Shown in pieces: positions 14,877 to 30,510 of a DNA stretch of 64,000 nt. Source of the DNA: the human T2T-CHM13v2.0 reference genome, Homo sapiens; NCBI RefSeq assembly GCF_009914755.1, contig NC_060926.1; one strand, given 5' to 3'. Every line of letters starts with the position of its first letter. Position 1 is the first letter of the stretch. A program made the translations under genes and the position numbers. The notes below the pieces were generated by a model. It saw only the letters and a program-made list of their open reading frames with translations, was not told where the DNA came from and did not search any database.

Positions 14877-15061
14877 TTATGATGTACAAAGTTTAGCATC
14901 TGTTGGGCAAAACTTTGATTACCTATGATCTTTTCTGTTCATCTGAAGTTATCAAGTTATCAGCTCATTGCTCATTTCATAAACTAAAAAATAAATTCCA
15001 TATTTCTATCAGAAAGAACATTCCTTATGTTTTTTAGGAGATTTTTCCTTTGATGACCTTT

Positions 15062-15377
15062 TAGTTTTTATTTTTCTTTTTTTTTTTTTTTGAGATGGAG
15101 TCTTCCTCAGTGACCCAGGCTGAAGTGTAGTGGCTTGGTATCTGCTCACTGCAACCTCCACCTCCTGGGTTCAAGCAATTCTCCTGCCTCAGCCTCCTGA
15201 GTAGCTGGGATTAAAGGTGTGTGCCACCACACCCGGCTACTTTTTTTTTTTTTTTTTTAAGTAGAGGTGGGGTTTCGTCATGTTGGTCAAGCTGGTCTCA
15301 AACTCCTGATCTCGTGATCCACCCGCCTTAGCCTCCCAAAGTGCTGGGATTACAGGCATAAGCCACCGCACCCAGCC
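15062..15377 (-). mobile_element. AluS
   Basis: Reverse Alu with an expanded mid T-run. Confidence 0.95.
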
Positions 15378-15639
15378 TTATATTCTCTTTCTTATATCTC
15401 CCTGGTAATTGTCACTTTAAACCACCCACAATCCTTTATTAAGTACTAGGGAAATACCAAAACTAGACATATCTTTGCCTTTTCACATTTACAGATGAGC
15501 TAATGAGCACAGAGTAATAAGAGGACCTGCCTACAGAAAAAGCAGATATCAGGCCACAGAAATCTCAAACATACATTTATTTTTATACAACAAAATCTTC
15601 TTAGTTCTGATATCAGGGTTACTTCTACCCCAGATCACC

Positions 15640-16045
15640 CTCCAGCCTTGACTCATCAAACCGCCTCATGTACATTAAGTTTCAAGCATATTGAACTGTG
15701 GTTTCCTAAACATCTAATGCATGTTCTTACCCACGGTGACCTTTCTGCAAAAATTCCCTTTCAGCCTGGCCTCTCTTGTTTACATTGCTCCTGCTCATTC
15801 TTCAGAACTCAACTCAGGCATCACCTTCTCTGAGAAGTGATTCTTGGTACCACCCTTACCCAACGGTGCATTTGGATCTCCTCCCACAGCCCTTGTGCAA
15901 ATCTCTATAGTTGTCTCTCTTTTATGTTTCTCTCATTGAACTATAAGCTCTTCGAAGGTAAAAACCATCTCTTATTCATCTTTCTTATCTCAATAAGAAA
16001 GCACACAGTAGGTACACAGGAAATGCTCATTGTTGAGTGAATAAA
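15640..16045 (+). mobile_element. L2 3' fragment
   Basis: ctataagctcttcgaagg...cacagtaggtacacagg...ttgttgagtgaataaatg. Confidence 0.7.
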
Positions 16046-16189
16046 TGTGTCAATAGTGAATTTAAAAAAACAAAAAAAAAAACAACCTTTCTGTATCAGA
16101 GCTGTAAAAAAGGAACTTAAGAGAACAAACCAAAGACAGGGTCTCAGAATCTTTCTTCCCTCATAGCATATTCTCCAAATAGTAGATTT

Positions 16190-16470
16190 ACTTCAGTGAA
16201 TCCATTACACTGTAGGCTTCAGGAGAGCAGAAATCCAGCCCTGCCTTTGCAATTTCTTCTGATAGGCCCACATAGAATAAAGAGCTTAAAATTGGTTTTT
16301 TGTTGGAAATTACTTCCATTTAGGTCCCCTTATGGACATTTAAAATTGCTTATATTGTAGGCTTTGAACCATGTATGTAAGACTGCTTAGAAGTTAACCT
16401 AAGGTAGGAGGATAATTTATCTAAATGCTCCCTGCAAATTTGATGCAAGTGCCTCAAGACCACACTTGCA
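16190..16470 (-). pseudogene. Decayed Ig exon: HTWFKA...NFKLFIL/..LSEEIAKAGLDFC
   Basis: TWFK and AGL(Y>D)FC motifs in manual translation; boundaries approximate. Confidence 0.5.
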
Positions 16471-17039
16471 GAAACACATAGATCTTTAAAACAGATGGAT
16501 CCTCGTGGAGCTTGCATTCCATCCTCTTCATTTCATTGATGAGGCCAGTGAGACACAGAGCTTAGGTGAGTTGTCCAAAACTGTGCAGCCAGTTGGTTAG
16601 AGGGCTCAAGGAGAAGTAGCCAGGGGATTAGCAGATTTCCCCAATCTACTTGTAAACAGGCCCCTTAAGATATCTCAAGCCAGGAACCCTGAAAGCCTTT
16701 TAATTTCCCTGCTTGATGTTTATGCATTGGTTTCTTAAAAATCCTCGTTTTTCCTCCCAATATTTTCCAAATTAAACATTCAGAGAAAAAGAATAATAAT
16801 AATAATTTAGATAAAGATTGGGTCTTAAGTATCAATGACATTAGATGATACTTGAAGTTGATGAGTTGTCTGGCAATATTAAGTAGTAATATGTGAGAAG
16901 GGTTCACAGAGAGACTCTAGGAGCATTTGAGGAGCATTAGTAGCACTTACCATTCTTAGAGGGACTGCAGAAAACAAAACAGGGGTCCAAAGTGTCTGAA
17001 GCTTCTTTTATTACGAGAGAGTGATATCAAGGCATTACT

Positions 17040-17510
17040 CTTTTAGTTATTGCCTCACTGACACTAAATAACAACCCATCGCAAAACTCAGTGGAATACA
17101 ACAAGCTTTTGTTTCCATGCTCATGAGTCTGTAGGTTGACTGTAAATCAGCTGGTCCAGGCTGGGAGCAGCTGAGCAATTCTGTTTCAGACTACAGATTC
17201 AGCTGGGCTTGGCTCCTTAATGCAGGTTGAGTTCACATCTGCGATATGTGTGTGTACGTGTGTGTGTGTGTGTGTAAATTCTGGAAACTAAGCTAAAGAA
17301 GGAGCAGCTACCTGGAAGAAGCTCTTCTCATCACGATGGCAAAAACCAAGCTCTACCACACACCTTTGCTCACTTTATGTCTACAAATATCCCACTGCCC
17401 AGGTCAAGTCACATGGCCCAGGCAAAAACCAGTGAAAGGGGGAATATACTCTACCCACAGAAAGATATATAAGAGAGTGAATTTTTGCTGATCAGAAGGC
17501 TATGCTATCA
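17040..17510 (-). mobile_element. MLT1-type LTR with (TG)n at about 17246-17275
   Basis: aataacaaccc...aaaactcagtgg...gctcatgagtctgtaggttgactg...caagtcacatggccca. Confidence 0.7.
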
Positions 17511-17690
17511 TAACTACAAACCCGGCTTAAAATTTGAATCCCTCTAACCAATATTTGGAAAGAAGTACATTATTTAATTAAACTTTACATTAACATATTT
17601 AAATATTATCACTTGCCTTCCTATTTCATGCAAAGATATAGGGAGATAAAGGCAGATAAAGGCAAAGAGGACGCCAGGAACTCAACTGAC

Positions 17691-17770
17691 CTATTTGGTT
17701 ACTAATGATCAAATACATTGGTAAACCCAAAACAGTACTCAGCCAAGTTCAAACAGTCCACACAGGTCAC
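17691..17770 (-). pseudogene. Decayed exon, Ig F-G strands: G/VYQCI/ISNQI(G)
   Basis: ttttag| acceptor, ATAG|gtcagt donor, 80 nt; YxCxxxNxxG motif across frameshifts. Confidence 0.6.
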
Positions 17771-18149
17771 CTAAAATTGCATCTGGGTGAAAGTTTTGGA
17801 GGAAATACTATTTATACATGTAACAAGGGGATAGAAACAGGGATATGAGGTTTTATTCTAATATGTTTTGGTTCTAACCAGCCAATGGTAGAAAAGTCTA
17901 TTTATTGCCCTCTTCTCATTTTAGTCCAGTATCTCAACTCAGCCTAGCTCTCATCATTCCCCCAGGCCTACCTGCCTCCCATTTTAGACAATGTACGTCT
18001 TTGACTGTGAGATTATGTATGGGATTATCATATTTTATTATTAAAACTAATTTCTCATAAATATAGGACTAAAATATCAGCACTATCAATGACGTTCAGA
18101 TTAGGAAGTATGGAGTCGCCATATTTATTTTAAAAGTATATAATTAAAT

Positions 18150-18460
18150 ATTTGTCTAGGGTAGTCCCGATGTATATTTGATGTCCCAGCATAATTTCTA
18201 AAGAATTTTTTTATTTTTAATTTTTGTGGGTACCTAGTAGGTGTATGGTCATTATGTTAAGTGAAATAAGACAGGCATAGAAAGACAAACATTGCATGTG
18301 ATCACTTATTTGTGGGATGTAAAAATCAAAACAATTGAACACCCAGAGGTAGTATAAGGAGGATTACCAGTGGCTGGGAAGCTCACCATAATTATTTATA
18401 ATGGCCCCTTTCACTCTCAAAATCATCCTGATTTGGCTAATAAATTATATGGTGAACCCA
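18150..18460 (-). mobile_element. MER94-like hAT MITE interrupted by a short, internally inverted L1M fragment (about 18205-18385)
   Basis: cccctttcactctcaaaa...taaattatatggtgaacc end; L1 piece flanked by cataatt duplication, poly(T) end on one side and sense 3'UTR on the other. Confidence 0.6.
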
Positions 18461-18879
18461 ATTATAAAAGATCACATAATGATCTAGAGACCATCACATT
18501 AGCTGCTTAGCCCCACCTAATCTTTGGTGAAAATCAGTTAAATTATTTCAAATAGTTCTGAAATCACTGGTAGCTGTATAATCGGGCTAATTTTCATTTA
18601 TATTTGTCCAACTCTAATGCCTTTTCTCTCAATATTCTATAAACATATTTCAACTGTGTTTTGTCAGAATCCACTATAATAATACGTTACGTTTATTACA
18701 GCTGGTTTTCTGGTCAATTTTCTGAAATTCCAGAGATGTAAGTATATGCTAAAGTGAGAAGCTATAATCTCTCTAGTGGTTCAGAGAAGCAATAATCTCT
18801 CAAGTGCCTTCATTTGGCAAGAGGACAAAGCCTTCAAATTATTATTATTTTTCATAAGACAATTCCTTTCATTGTTACC

Positions 18880-19150
18880 CATCCTAGGGCCAGAATTGTT
18901 TTAATCCACAGATTCTTGTTGGTTTAGAAATATTTAGACATTTTGTTTCCTGTATTATAGGTTCTATATGCAAAGTCTTCCTCAATGTTTTTGGACCAAC
19001 ATAGTTATTGATATTTGGGCCAATGCAATATAGAACAAAATCCACCACTATCCTTATACCCCAAGACTGATCTGATTTTTTGATGTCAAGGTCAGTTCAT
19101 GAACAATCAGTTACTACATCTGTGCTACCAATCAGATCAAACCAATGATA
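18880..19150 (-). pseudogene. Decayed Ig exon: ...VL(W>G)YKDS...
   Basis: GTC TTG GGG TAT AAG GAT resembles V.WYKDG; weak otherwise. Confidence 0.35.
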
Positions 19151-19263
19151 TGGCTAAAAATTTTTAAACAATGGATTATTCAACAAAGAGAGTATAGACT
19201 CAATGCAGAAACTATAAAAATAGGTCAGAAATATCCACAATAAGATAAATACTATTTGTAAAC

Positions 19264-19508
19264 CATCTTCTTTTGAGACAGCTAACTGCCCAGTGAAAAC
19301 ATTTTTTTATTTTCTTGTTGGCCTTTCAACAGTGGGGGTTGCTTCTATCCTCTTTCTGTTGAAACTTCCAGAATTCTTATTTCATTTCCAACCCATTCTT
19401 TATTAGTAACCACACTTTAATTTTAGATGCTAAATTCCATCTGGTGCTCTTAACCCTGGTTTGTCTGACTGCTTGATGTGCTTGCACATCAGAACACCAT
19501 TCAGAACC
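19264..19508 (-). pseudogene. Decayed Ig exon: SDVQAH...KIKVWLLIKNGLEMK*EFWKF
   Basis: tttttcag| acceptor, 175-nt intron to the AGG|gtaagc donor at 19683; V.W..KNG.E motif; in-frame stops. Confidence 0.6.
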
Positions 19509-19709
19509 CTGAAAAATCATCAGGTGTCATTGTATCATATGAGAAATGATGGCTAGGTCTAGGAAATGGATAACAAAGGATCTTGTCACTTAAACAAGTA
19601 AACAATCTGTCTGTTTGATCAAAGGAAAAAAATCAGTCTTACCAATTTTATTTCCATGATAGGAAAAATAAACTAATGCTTACCCTTGCAGCTGCTTCTG
19701 ATGATTATG

Positions 19710-21428
19710 TTAGATCCCATTTGTCAATTTGTGCTTTTGTTGCTATTGCTTTTGGTGTTTTTCTCATGAAATTTTTGGTCATTCTCTATGTTCAGGATGG
19801 CATTGCCTAAGTTGTCTTCTAGAGTTTTTATAGTTTTGGGTTTTACATTTAAGTCTTTAATCACTCTTGAGTTGATTTTTGTATACGGTGTAAGGAAGGG
19901 GTGCAGCTTCAATCTTCTGCTTATGGTTAGCCAGTTATTCCAGCACCATTTATTGAATAAGGAGTCTTTTCCCCATTGCTTGTTTTTGTCAGGTTTGTCA
20001 AAGATCAGGTGGTTGTACGTGTGTACCCTTATTTTTGGGCTCTCCATTCTGTTTCATTGCTCTATGTCCCAGTTTTTGTACCAGTACCATGCTGTTTTGG
20101 TTACTGTAACACTGTAGTATATAATTTGAAGTCAGGTAATGTGATGCTCCCAGCTTTGTTCTTTTTGCTTAGGATTGCCTTTGCTATTTGTGATCTTCTC
20201 TGGTTCTATATAAAGGATGTCATTGGTTGTTTGATAGGAATAGCATTGAATCTGTAAATTGCTTTGGGCACTATGGCCATTTTAATTATAATGATTCTTC
20301 CTATCCAGGAGCATGAGATGTTTTTCCATTTGTTTGTGTCATCTGATTTCTTTGAGCAGTGTTTTGTAATTCTTATTGTAGAGATCTTTCACCTCCCTGT
20401 TTATGTGTATTCCTAGGCATTTTATTCTTTTTGTGGCAATTGTGAATGGGATTGCCTTCCTGACTTGGCTCTCAGCTTGGCTGCTGTTGGTGTATAGGAA
20501 TGCTAGTGATTTTTGTACACTGATTTTGTATCCTGAAACAATTCTAAAGTTGTTTATCAGCTGAAGGAGATTTTTGGCCAAGACTATAGAGTTTTCTAGA
20601 TACAGAATCATGTTGTCTGCAAACAGGGATAGCCTGACTTCCTCTCTTCCTACTTGGATAACTTTTATTTTTTTCTTTTGCTTGATTTCTCTGATTAGGA
20701 CTTGCAATACTATGTTGAATAGGACTGGTGAGAGAGAGCATCCTTGCCTTTTGCCAGTTTTCAAGTGGAGTGCTTTTAGCTTTTGCCCATTTAGTATGAT
20801 GTTTACTGTGGGTTTGTCATAGATGGCTTTTATTATTTTGAGATATGTTTCTTCAATACCTAGTTTATTGAGAGTTTTTAACATGAATGGGCATCAAATT
20901 CCGTTGAAAGTTTTTTCTGCATCTATTGAGACAATCATGTGGATTTTGTATTTAGTTCTGTTTATGTGATGAATCACATTTATTGATGTGTGTATGTTGA
21001 ACCAACCTTGCATCCTGGGGATGAAGCCTACTTGATTGCGATGAATTATCTTTTTGATGTGTTGCTGGATTCAGTTTGCAAGTCTTTTATTGAGGGTTTT
21101 TGTGTCAATGTTCATCAAGAATATTGTCCTGAAGTTTTCTTTTTTTGCTGTATCTCTGCCTGATTTTGGTGTCAGTATGAAGCTGGCGTCACATAATGAG
21201 TTGGGGAGAAGTTCCTCCTCCTCGATTTTTTGGAATAGTTTCAGTAGAAATAGTACATCTGGTAGAATTTGGCTATGAATCCACCAGGTCATAAGCATTT
21301 TTTGGTTGGCAGGCTATTTATTACTGATTCAATTTTGGAGCTCATTATTGGTCATTTCAGGGAATTAATTTCTTTCTGGGTCAGTCTTGGGAGGGTGTGT
21401 CCAGGAATTTACCCATCTCTTCTAGGTT
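19710..21428 (-). mobile_element. Old primate L1 (L1PA-type) ORF2 fragment, truncated at both ends with internal deletions
   Basis: ORFs 20339..20884 (RT: QGCSLSP...[10 protein letters not shown]) and 19724..20047. Confidence 0.95.
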
Positions 21429-21554
21429 CTCAGACCCTGAGAAAAATGCCCCAGTGAGGAGCAGATTAACAACTGCTGTGCCACAATCACAACACAGGGA
21501 AATACAGGTGGTTCTGCTTCCATGGCCAAATGATTGGGAGTGGGACCTGCTTAC

Positions 21555-24500
21555 ATTTGAGGGAATAATTGAGGAAAACTTCCCCAGCCTCGCTGGAAAC
21601 CTAGACACCCAAATATAAGAAGCTCAAAGAACACCTGGGAAATTCATTGCAAAAAGATCATTGCCTAGCCACATAGTCATCAAGTTAGCTAAAGTCAAGA
21701 CAAATGAAAGAATCTCAAGAGCTGTGAGGCAAAAGCATCTGGTAACCTACAAACGAAAACCTATCATAGTAACAGCAGATGTCTCAGCAGAAAATCTACA
21801 AGCTAGAAGAGATGGGGGTCCTAGTTTTAGCCTCCTTAAAACAATTATCAGCCAAGAATTATGTATCTAGTGAAACTAAGCTTCATAAATGAAGAAAAGA
21901 TACAGTCTTTTCCAGACAAATGCTGAGAGAACTCACCCTACCAAGCCAGCTCTACAAGAACTGCTAAAAGGAGTTCTAAATCTTGAAACAAATTCTTGAA
22001 ATACACTAAAATAGACACTCCTTAAAGCATAAATCTCACAGGACCTATATAACAATAACACAACGAAAAAAAGATACTCAGGCAACAAACAGCACGATGA
22101 ATAGATTAGTACCTCACATCTCAATACTAACGTTGAGTGTAAATGGCCTAAACGCTCCTCTTAAAAGATACAGAACGGCAGAAGGGATAGGAATTCACCA
22201 ACCAAGTTCATACTGTCTTCAGGAGACTCTCTTAACACATAAGGACACACATAAACTTAAGGTAAAAAGGTGGAAATAGATATTCCATGTAAATGGACAT
22301 CAAAAGGGCAGGAGTAGCTATTTTTATATCAGACAAAACAAACTTTAAATTGGCAGCAGTTTAAAAAGACAAAGATATAATGATAAATGGACAAGTCCAA
22401 CAGGTAAATATCACAATCCTAAATATATATGCCCCTAACACTGGAGCTCCTAAATATATAAAACAATTACTACTAGACCTAAGAAATGAGATAGAAAACA
22501 ACAAAATAATAGTGGGGAACTTTAGTACTCCACTGACAGCCCTAGACAGGTCATCAAGAAAGAAAGTCAACAAAGAAACAATGGACTTAAACTATACCCT
22601 ACAACAAATGAACTTAACAGATATTTATAGAACATTCTACCCAACAACTGCAGAATATACATTCTATTCATCAGCACATGGAACATTCTCCAAGATAGAC
22701 CATATGATAGGCCACAAAACAAGTCTCAGTAAATTTAAGAAAACTGAAATTATATCAAGTACTCTCTCAGACCACAGTGGAATAAAAATGGAAATCAACT
22801 CCAAAAGGAATCCTCAAAACCATGCACATACCTGGAAATTAAATAAGCTACTCCTGAATGATCATTGGATCAACAATGAAATAAAAATAAAAATTTAAAA
22901 ATTATTTGAACTGGATAACAGTGATACAACCTATCAAAATCTCTGGGATACAGCAATGCTAAGAGGAAAGTTCATAGCATTAAATGTCTATATCAAAAAG
23001 TTTGAAAGAGCACAAGCAGACAATCTAAGGTCACACCTCATGAAACTGGAGGAACAAGAACAATCCAAACACAAATCCAGCAGAAGAAAATAAATAGTGA
23101 AGATCAGTGCAGAACTACATGAAATTGAAACAAAAAAAGATAAATGAAACAGAAGCTGGTTCTCTGAAAATACAAATAAAATTGATAGATCATTGCAAGA
23201 TTAGCCAAGAAAAAAGAGAGAATGAGCTCAATTAGAAATAATATGGAAGATATTACTACTAATACCACAGAAATACAAAAGATTATTCAAGCTACTATGA
23301 ACACCTTTATGCACATAAACCAGAAAACCTAGAGGTAATGAATAAACTCCTGGAAATATGCAACCCTCCCAGATTAAACCAGGAAGATACAGAAACTCTG
23401 AATAGACCAATAACAAGCAGAGAGATTGAAATGGTAATTTCAAATTTGCCAACAAAAAAAGTCCAGGACCAGACGGATTCACAGCTGAATTCTATCAGAC
23501 ATTCAAAGAAGAATTGATACCAATCCTATTGACACTATTCCACACAATAGAGAAAGAAGGAATCATCCCTAAGTCATTCTATGAAGCCAGTATCACCCTA
23601 ATACCAAAACCAAGGAAGGACATAACAAAAAAAAGAAAACTACAGACCAATATCCCTGATGAACATAAATGCAAATATCCTCAACAAAATACTAACTAAC
23701 CAAATGCAATAGTATATTAAAAAGATAATCCACCATGATCAAGTAGGTTTCATACCAGGGATGCAGAGTTGGTTTAACATATCCAAGTCAATAAATTTGA
23801 TACACCACATAAACAGAATTAAAAAAACAAAAATCACATGATCATCTCAATAGATGCAGAAAAAAGCATTTGACAAAATCCAGCATCCCGTTATAATTAA
23901 AACCCTCAGAAAAATTGGCATAGAAAGGACATACCTTAAAGTAACAAAAGCCATCTATGACAAACCCACAGCCAACATTACACTGAATGGGGAAAAGTTG
24001 AAAGAATCCCCCTCTGAGAACTGAAACAAGACAAGGATGCTCACTTTCACCACTTCTATTCAACACAATACTGGAAGACTCCTCCAGAAAACTCCTAGAA
24101 CTGGTAAATGGATTCAGTAAAGTTTCAGGATACAAAATTAATGTACACAAATAAGTAGCTCTGCTATACGATAACAGCAACCAAGCTGACAATCAAATCA
24201 AGAACTCAACCTCTTTTACAATACCTGCAAAAAAAAATTAAATGCTTAGGAATATAACTAATCAAGGACCTGAAAGACTTCTACAAGGAAAACTATAAAA
24301 CACTGCTGAAAAAAATCACAGACAACACAAACAAATGGAAACATCCCATGCTTATGGATGGGTAGAATCAATATTATGAAAATTATCATACTGCCAAAAG
24401 CATTTTACAAATTCAATGCAATTCCCATCAAAATACCACCATCATTTTTCACAGAACTAGAAAAAATAATCCTAAAATTCATATGGAACCAAAAAAGAGA

Positions 24501-25116
24501 CCACATAGCCAAAGCAATACTAAGCAAAAGGAACAAATCTGGAGGCATCACATTACCTGACTTCAAACTATGCTATAAGGCCATAGTCACCAAAACACCA
24601 TGATACTGGCATAAAAATGGGCACATACACCAATGGAACAGAATAGAGAAAGCAGAAATAAACCCAAATATTTACAGCCAACTGATCTTCAACAAAGCAA
24701 GCAAAAACATTAAGTGGGGAAATGACAACCTATTCAACAAATGGTGCTGGTATAATTGGCAAGCCACATGTAGAAGAATGAAACTGGATCCTCATCTCTC
24801 ACCTTATACAAAAAGCAACTCAAGATGAATCAAAGACTTAAATCTAAGACCTGAAACTATACAAATTCTAGAAGATAACATGAGAAAAACCCTTCTAGAC
24901 AGTGGCTTAGGCAGACTTCATGACCAAGAACCCAAAAGCAAATGCAATAAAAACAAAGATAAATAGATGTGACTTAATTAAACTAAAAAGCTTCTGCACA
25001 GCAAAACAAATAATCAGCAGAGTTAACAGACAAGCCATAAAGTGTGGGAAAATTTTCACAACTTATACATCTGACATAGGGCTAATATCCAGAAACTGCA
25101 AAGAACTCAAACAAAT
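21555..25116 (+). mobile_element. L1PB-like fragment: 3' ORF1 plus ORF2 (EN, part of RT), internally deleted near 24075, no 3'UTR
   Basis: ORFs 21661..21870 (ORF1), 22380..22898 (EN: NIYAPN...SDH), 24358..24603. Confidence 0.95.
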
Positions 25117-25288
25117 GTCACAGTCAAATTTCATCTTCATAGGAGATACTAATGAAATATCCAGTGTGCTACCCTCTTGCTACACAAATACCACAGTAAT
25201 TTGGGCCTTCTCTGTATTTACTTGACATAAGGAGAATTCAATTTTGCTTCTATTTCCAGACATTTAATTAGGCTGAAGGTACTATTTT
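25117..25288 (-). pseudogene. Decayed Ig exon cut by L1: [19 protein letters not shown]...[19 protein letters not shown]
   Basis: Obscurin/titin-type L.C.V....A.V.W...EG...L.I..V..ED.G.Y.CD pattern; ctaacttag| acceptor; runs directly into the L1 at 25116. Confidence 0.65.
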
Positions 25289-25500
25289 CTAAGTTAGCAA
25301 GCAGTTATAAAGGCTTATGATTTTACCTAGTGATTTATAATGCAGTAAACACAAATCTATTATTTAACAGGATCCACACGGTCCCCTGTAAATTGATCTT
25401 GTTAAACATTTATTAATATTTTAAATGAAAAGGTTTGTTAATAAAATTAAGTAGAACTTTCACAGGCTTGGTTGGTACAGATGGCTCAAGAATTAATCCA

Positions 25501-25799
25501 GGCTGGGCGTGGTGGCTCACGCCTGTAATCCCAGCACTTTGGGAGGCCGAGGAGGGCGGATCACGAGGTCAGGAGATTGAGACCATCCTGGCTAACATGG
25601 TGAAACCCCGTCTCTACTAAAAATACAAAAAATTAGCCGGGTGTGGTGGCGGGTGCCTGTAGTCCCAGCTACTCAGGAGGCTGAGGCAGGAGAATGGCAT
25701 GAACCTGGGAGGCAGAGCTTGCAGTGAGCCGAGATCACACCACTGCACTCCAGCCTGGGTGACAGAGCGAGACTCCATGTCAAAAAAAAAAAAAAAAAA
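25501..25799 (+). mobile_element. AluY
   Basis: Low-divergence Alu with AluY diagnostics; no matching TSD. Confidence 0.95.
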
Positions 25800-25928
25800 G
25801 ACTACACATTAGGTACAGTGTACACTGCTTGGGTGATGGGTGCACCAAAAGTCTCAGAAATCACCACTAAATAACTTATTCATCTAACCAAACACCACCT
25901 GTTCCCCAAAAACCTATTGAAATAAAAA
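25800..25928 (+). mobile_element. L1PB-like 3' terminus
   Basis: actacacatt.ggtacagtgtacactgc...caccacctgttccccaaaaacctattgaaataaaaa. Confidence 0.85.
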
Positions 25929-26547
25929 GCCTGGAGCCACCTTCCAAGGTTATGCTTTAGTTAGTCTAGTGAGAACCCTAATCATAGTCTTTGAAAACTC
26001 TCCAGGTGATTCTGTAATTAATCAAGATTGAGAACCACCATTCCTAAATCTCACTCCCTGTACAGCTCAAACTTTACCTCTTCTTTAAGTTTCTCTGTGT
26101 ACTTTTGCTTGAGGTAATGTTCTTTTCTCCAAACTACCATAACCACCTGAACCTTTCCTATGGCCCCTTCTTGGTCTATCTGGCATTCCAGTTACTTATG
26201 AACATGGGATATATCTCATACTCAGCTATGGCTGTCTTTAGAGATGACATTTGTTTGCAAATATTAAGTCCTCAATACCTATTTGTCGTATGAATTAATG
26301 AATGCACATGCTTGCACACATTCCCTACACTTGATCTCATACCCCATCCCACACCCTTATGGATCCCCTGCTACCTTGTTTCCCTTCCCCACAAATTCAC
26401 AATCAGGTCAGGGCCCCAATCATTTTATGCAACTATTAAGCTTAAAACACACAGAGAAGACAAGAGTTGGGTAAATTAAAAGGTCTGTTATGTTCCTAAC
26501 AGACTGTTTGTAACCAGCAAAGTTAGAACTGTAAATATCCAACTTAC

Positions 26548-26665
26548 CTTTAATTGACTAACACTGCCAGCTTCCTGGTGTTTAATCCATACCTATACAT
26601 TTTGTCTTTGAATATAAAAAGAACTACTCACCATTGTATTGTCTTTCACTTTGCACGGTGTGCCC
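26548..26665 (-). pseudogene. Exon candidate: ...QRQNV*VWIKHQEAGSVSQLK
   Basis: Strong AAG|gtaagt donor and V.W.K-like motif; acceptor uncertain. Confidence 0.4.
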
Positions 26666-27559
26666 TATTCTTAAATTCAATTTAATGCCTATGTCCTATT
26701 TTCTATTTTATGTAATGCTGTGATACCACATGACAGCTAAGTTCTAAGTATCTTCAGATATTGTAGATTTGTCATAATATGAGATAAATAGTTTTTGCCT
26801 CTCTTATAGATAATAAGTTGAGTGATTGCTTTAAGACCCTACGGGAATATATAAGACCATGTTTGGAAAGACTCAAGTAACTTAGTCTAGAGAAAGAACT
26901 ATATCAGATTATTGCAACATTTTAGGATGGGTGAAGAGTCAACTATTGTTTCTTTGGGGTAAATCAGATGAGGAGTAGGGAGAAAACAAGAACAAAAATA
27001 GGTTTTTTAACCGCCAGTTGTAACCATAATGCCCAGCTCAGAATGCAGAGTTCAAAAGTTAAAGAGTGCCTAGAGCAGTACCCATTACCACTGCCTTCCT
27101 TCCAAATCCATCTGCTTGTCCCTATGCTCTTGAGATATAATGACTTCAGGTTTGATGCGGCTTTCTCTTATTGTCTGCAATTGAATCTTTTCCCAGTGTC
27201 TTGAGATTCCTTGTGCTTTCACTTATGACAGTAACACCCTTCTGGACTCAGTTCTTCCAGACTGTTTCATCCCAAACATGCTCAAATTCTCATTCTGACT
27301 AGTGAGGGCACCATAGAAGGAAAATGAAATCAGATAATCTCAAGATTATCTGTCATCCTTTCCACACCCCTACCCTGAACTCACAGCCTTTGCTGAACTC
27401 AAGTCTATCTATACACTCTGGCTGCTTTTTCCATTCTTCCTCCCATCCGATGTCCCTCCCAAGCTGTTATGCTTTGTTTCCTTATAAACAAACACCCTCT
27501 CTCCAAATATGCACCCCTCCTTGCCTCACTCATGAAACACTTCCTCTATGTTAAACCCT

Positions 27560-30040
<2,481 letters not shown>

Positions 30041-30210
30041 GTGAATCAATGCTTGGTAAACAAATAAAAATGAAATTACATATTTTCCTACATAAAGAAA
30101 GTGTTGGGAAACAAAAGGAAAATGTAACAGGAAAAGTAAAAGAAAGACTCCTAAAAAGAAAAGAATAGACATACTAATGGATGGGGAAAAGAACAACCTT
30201 CTCCTCCAGT

Positions 30211-30510
30211 CTACAGGGGTTTACACTGCCACAGTGGCAACTCATATGAAGACTTTATAGTCATAACCCATTTTGCTCTTTGCTTCTGAACCCTGAATGG
30301 TTGATCAGAGCATGGAATTCTCTTTAAATTCTGACCTTGGTAGCAGAATGATCTGGAAGAAGCATGAAATCTTTCTTTCTCTTCTTCAACACTAAGAATT
30401 GTTTGCATTATGCTGAAAGACAAAGCCATTTTGCAGATGTAGTCTTCATAAATATGTGCCTGAGAGACTTGCTGAACACAGCAAAAATACACTTTTTTCA
30501 CTGCTTTTCT
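30211..30510 (-). pseudogene. Open Ig exon: VQQVSQAHIYEDYICK...QTILSVEE...FCYQGQNLKRIPCS...QRAKW
   Basis: cttctctag| acceptor, about 100 open codons (ORF 30211..30501); possible donor CAAG|gtcaga at 30335. Confidence 0.65.

Noticed and set aside
18756-18806. 23-bp imperfect direct repeat gagaagc(t/a)ataatctct
   Set aside because: Only two copies; an ordinary local duplication, not an array.
19724-25225. Long ORFs (up to 181 aa) as host genes
   Set aside because: They are L1 ORF1/ORF2 fragments or their antisense frames.
27331-27352. Small palindrome cagataatct-ca-agattatctg
   Set aside because: Arms of only 10 bp and no context suggesting function.
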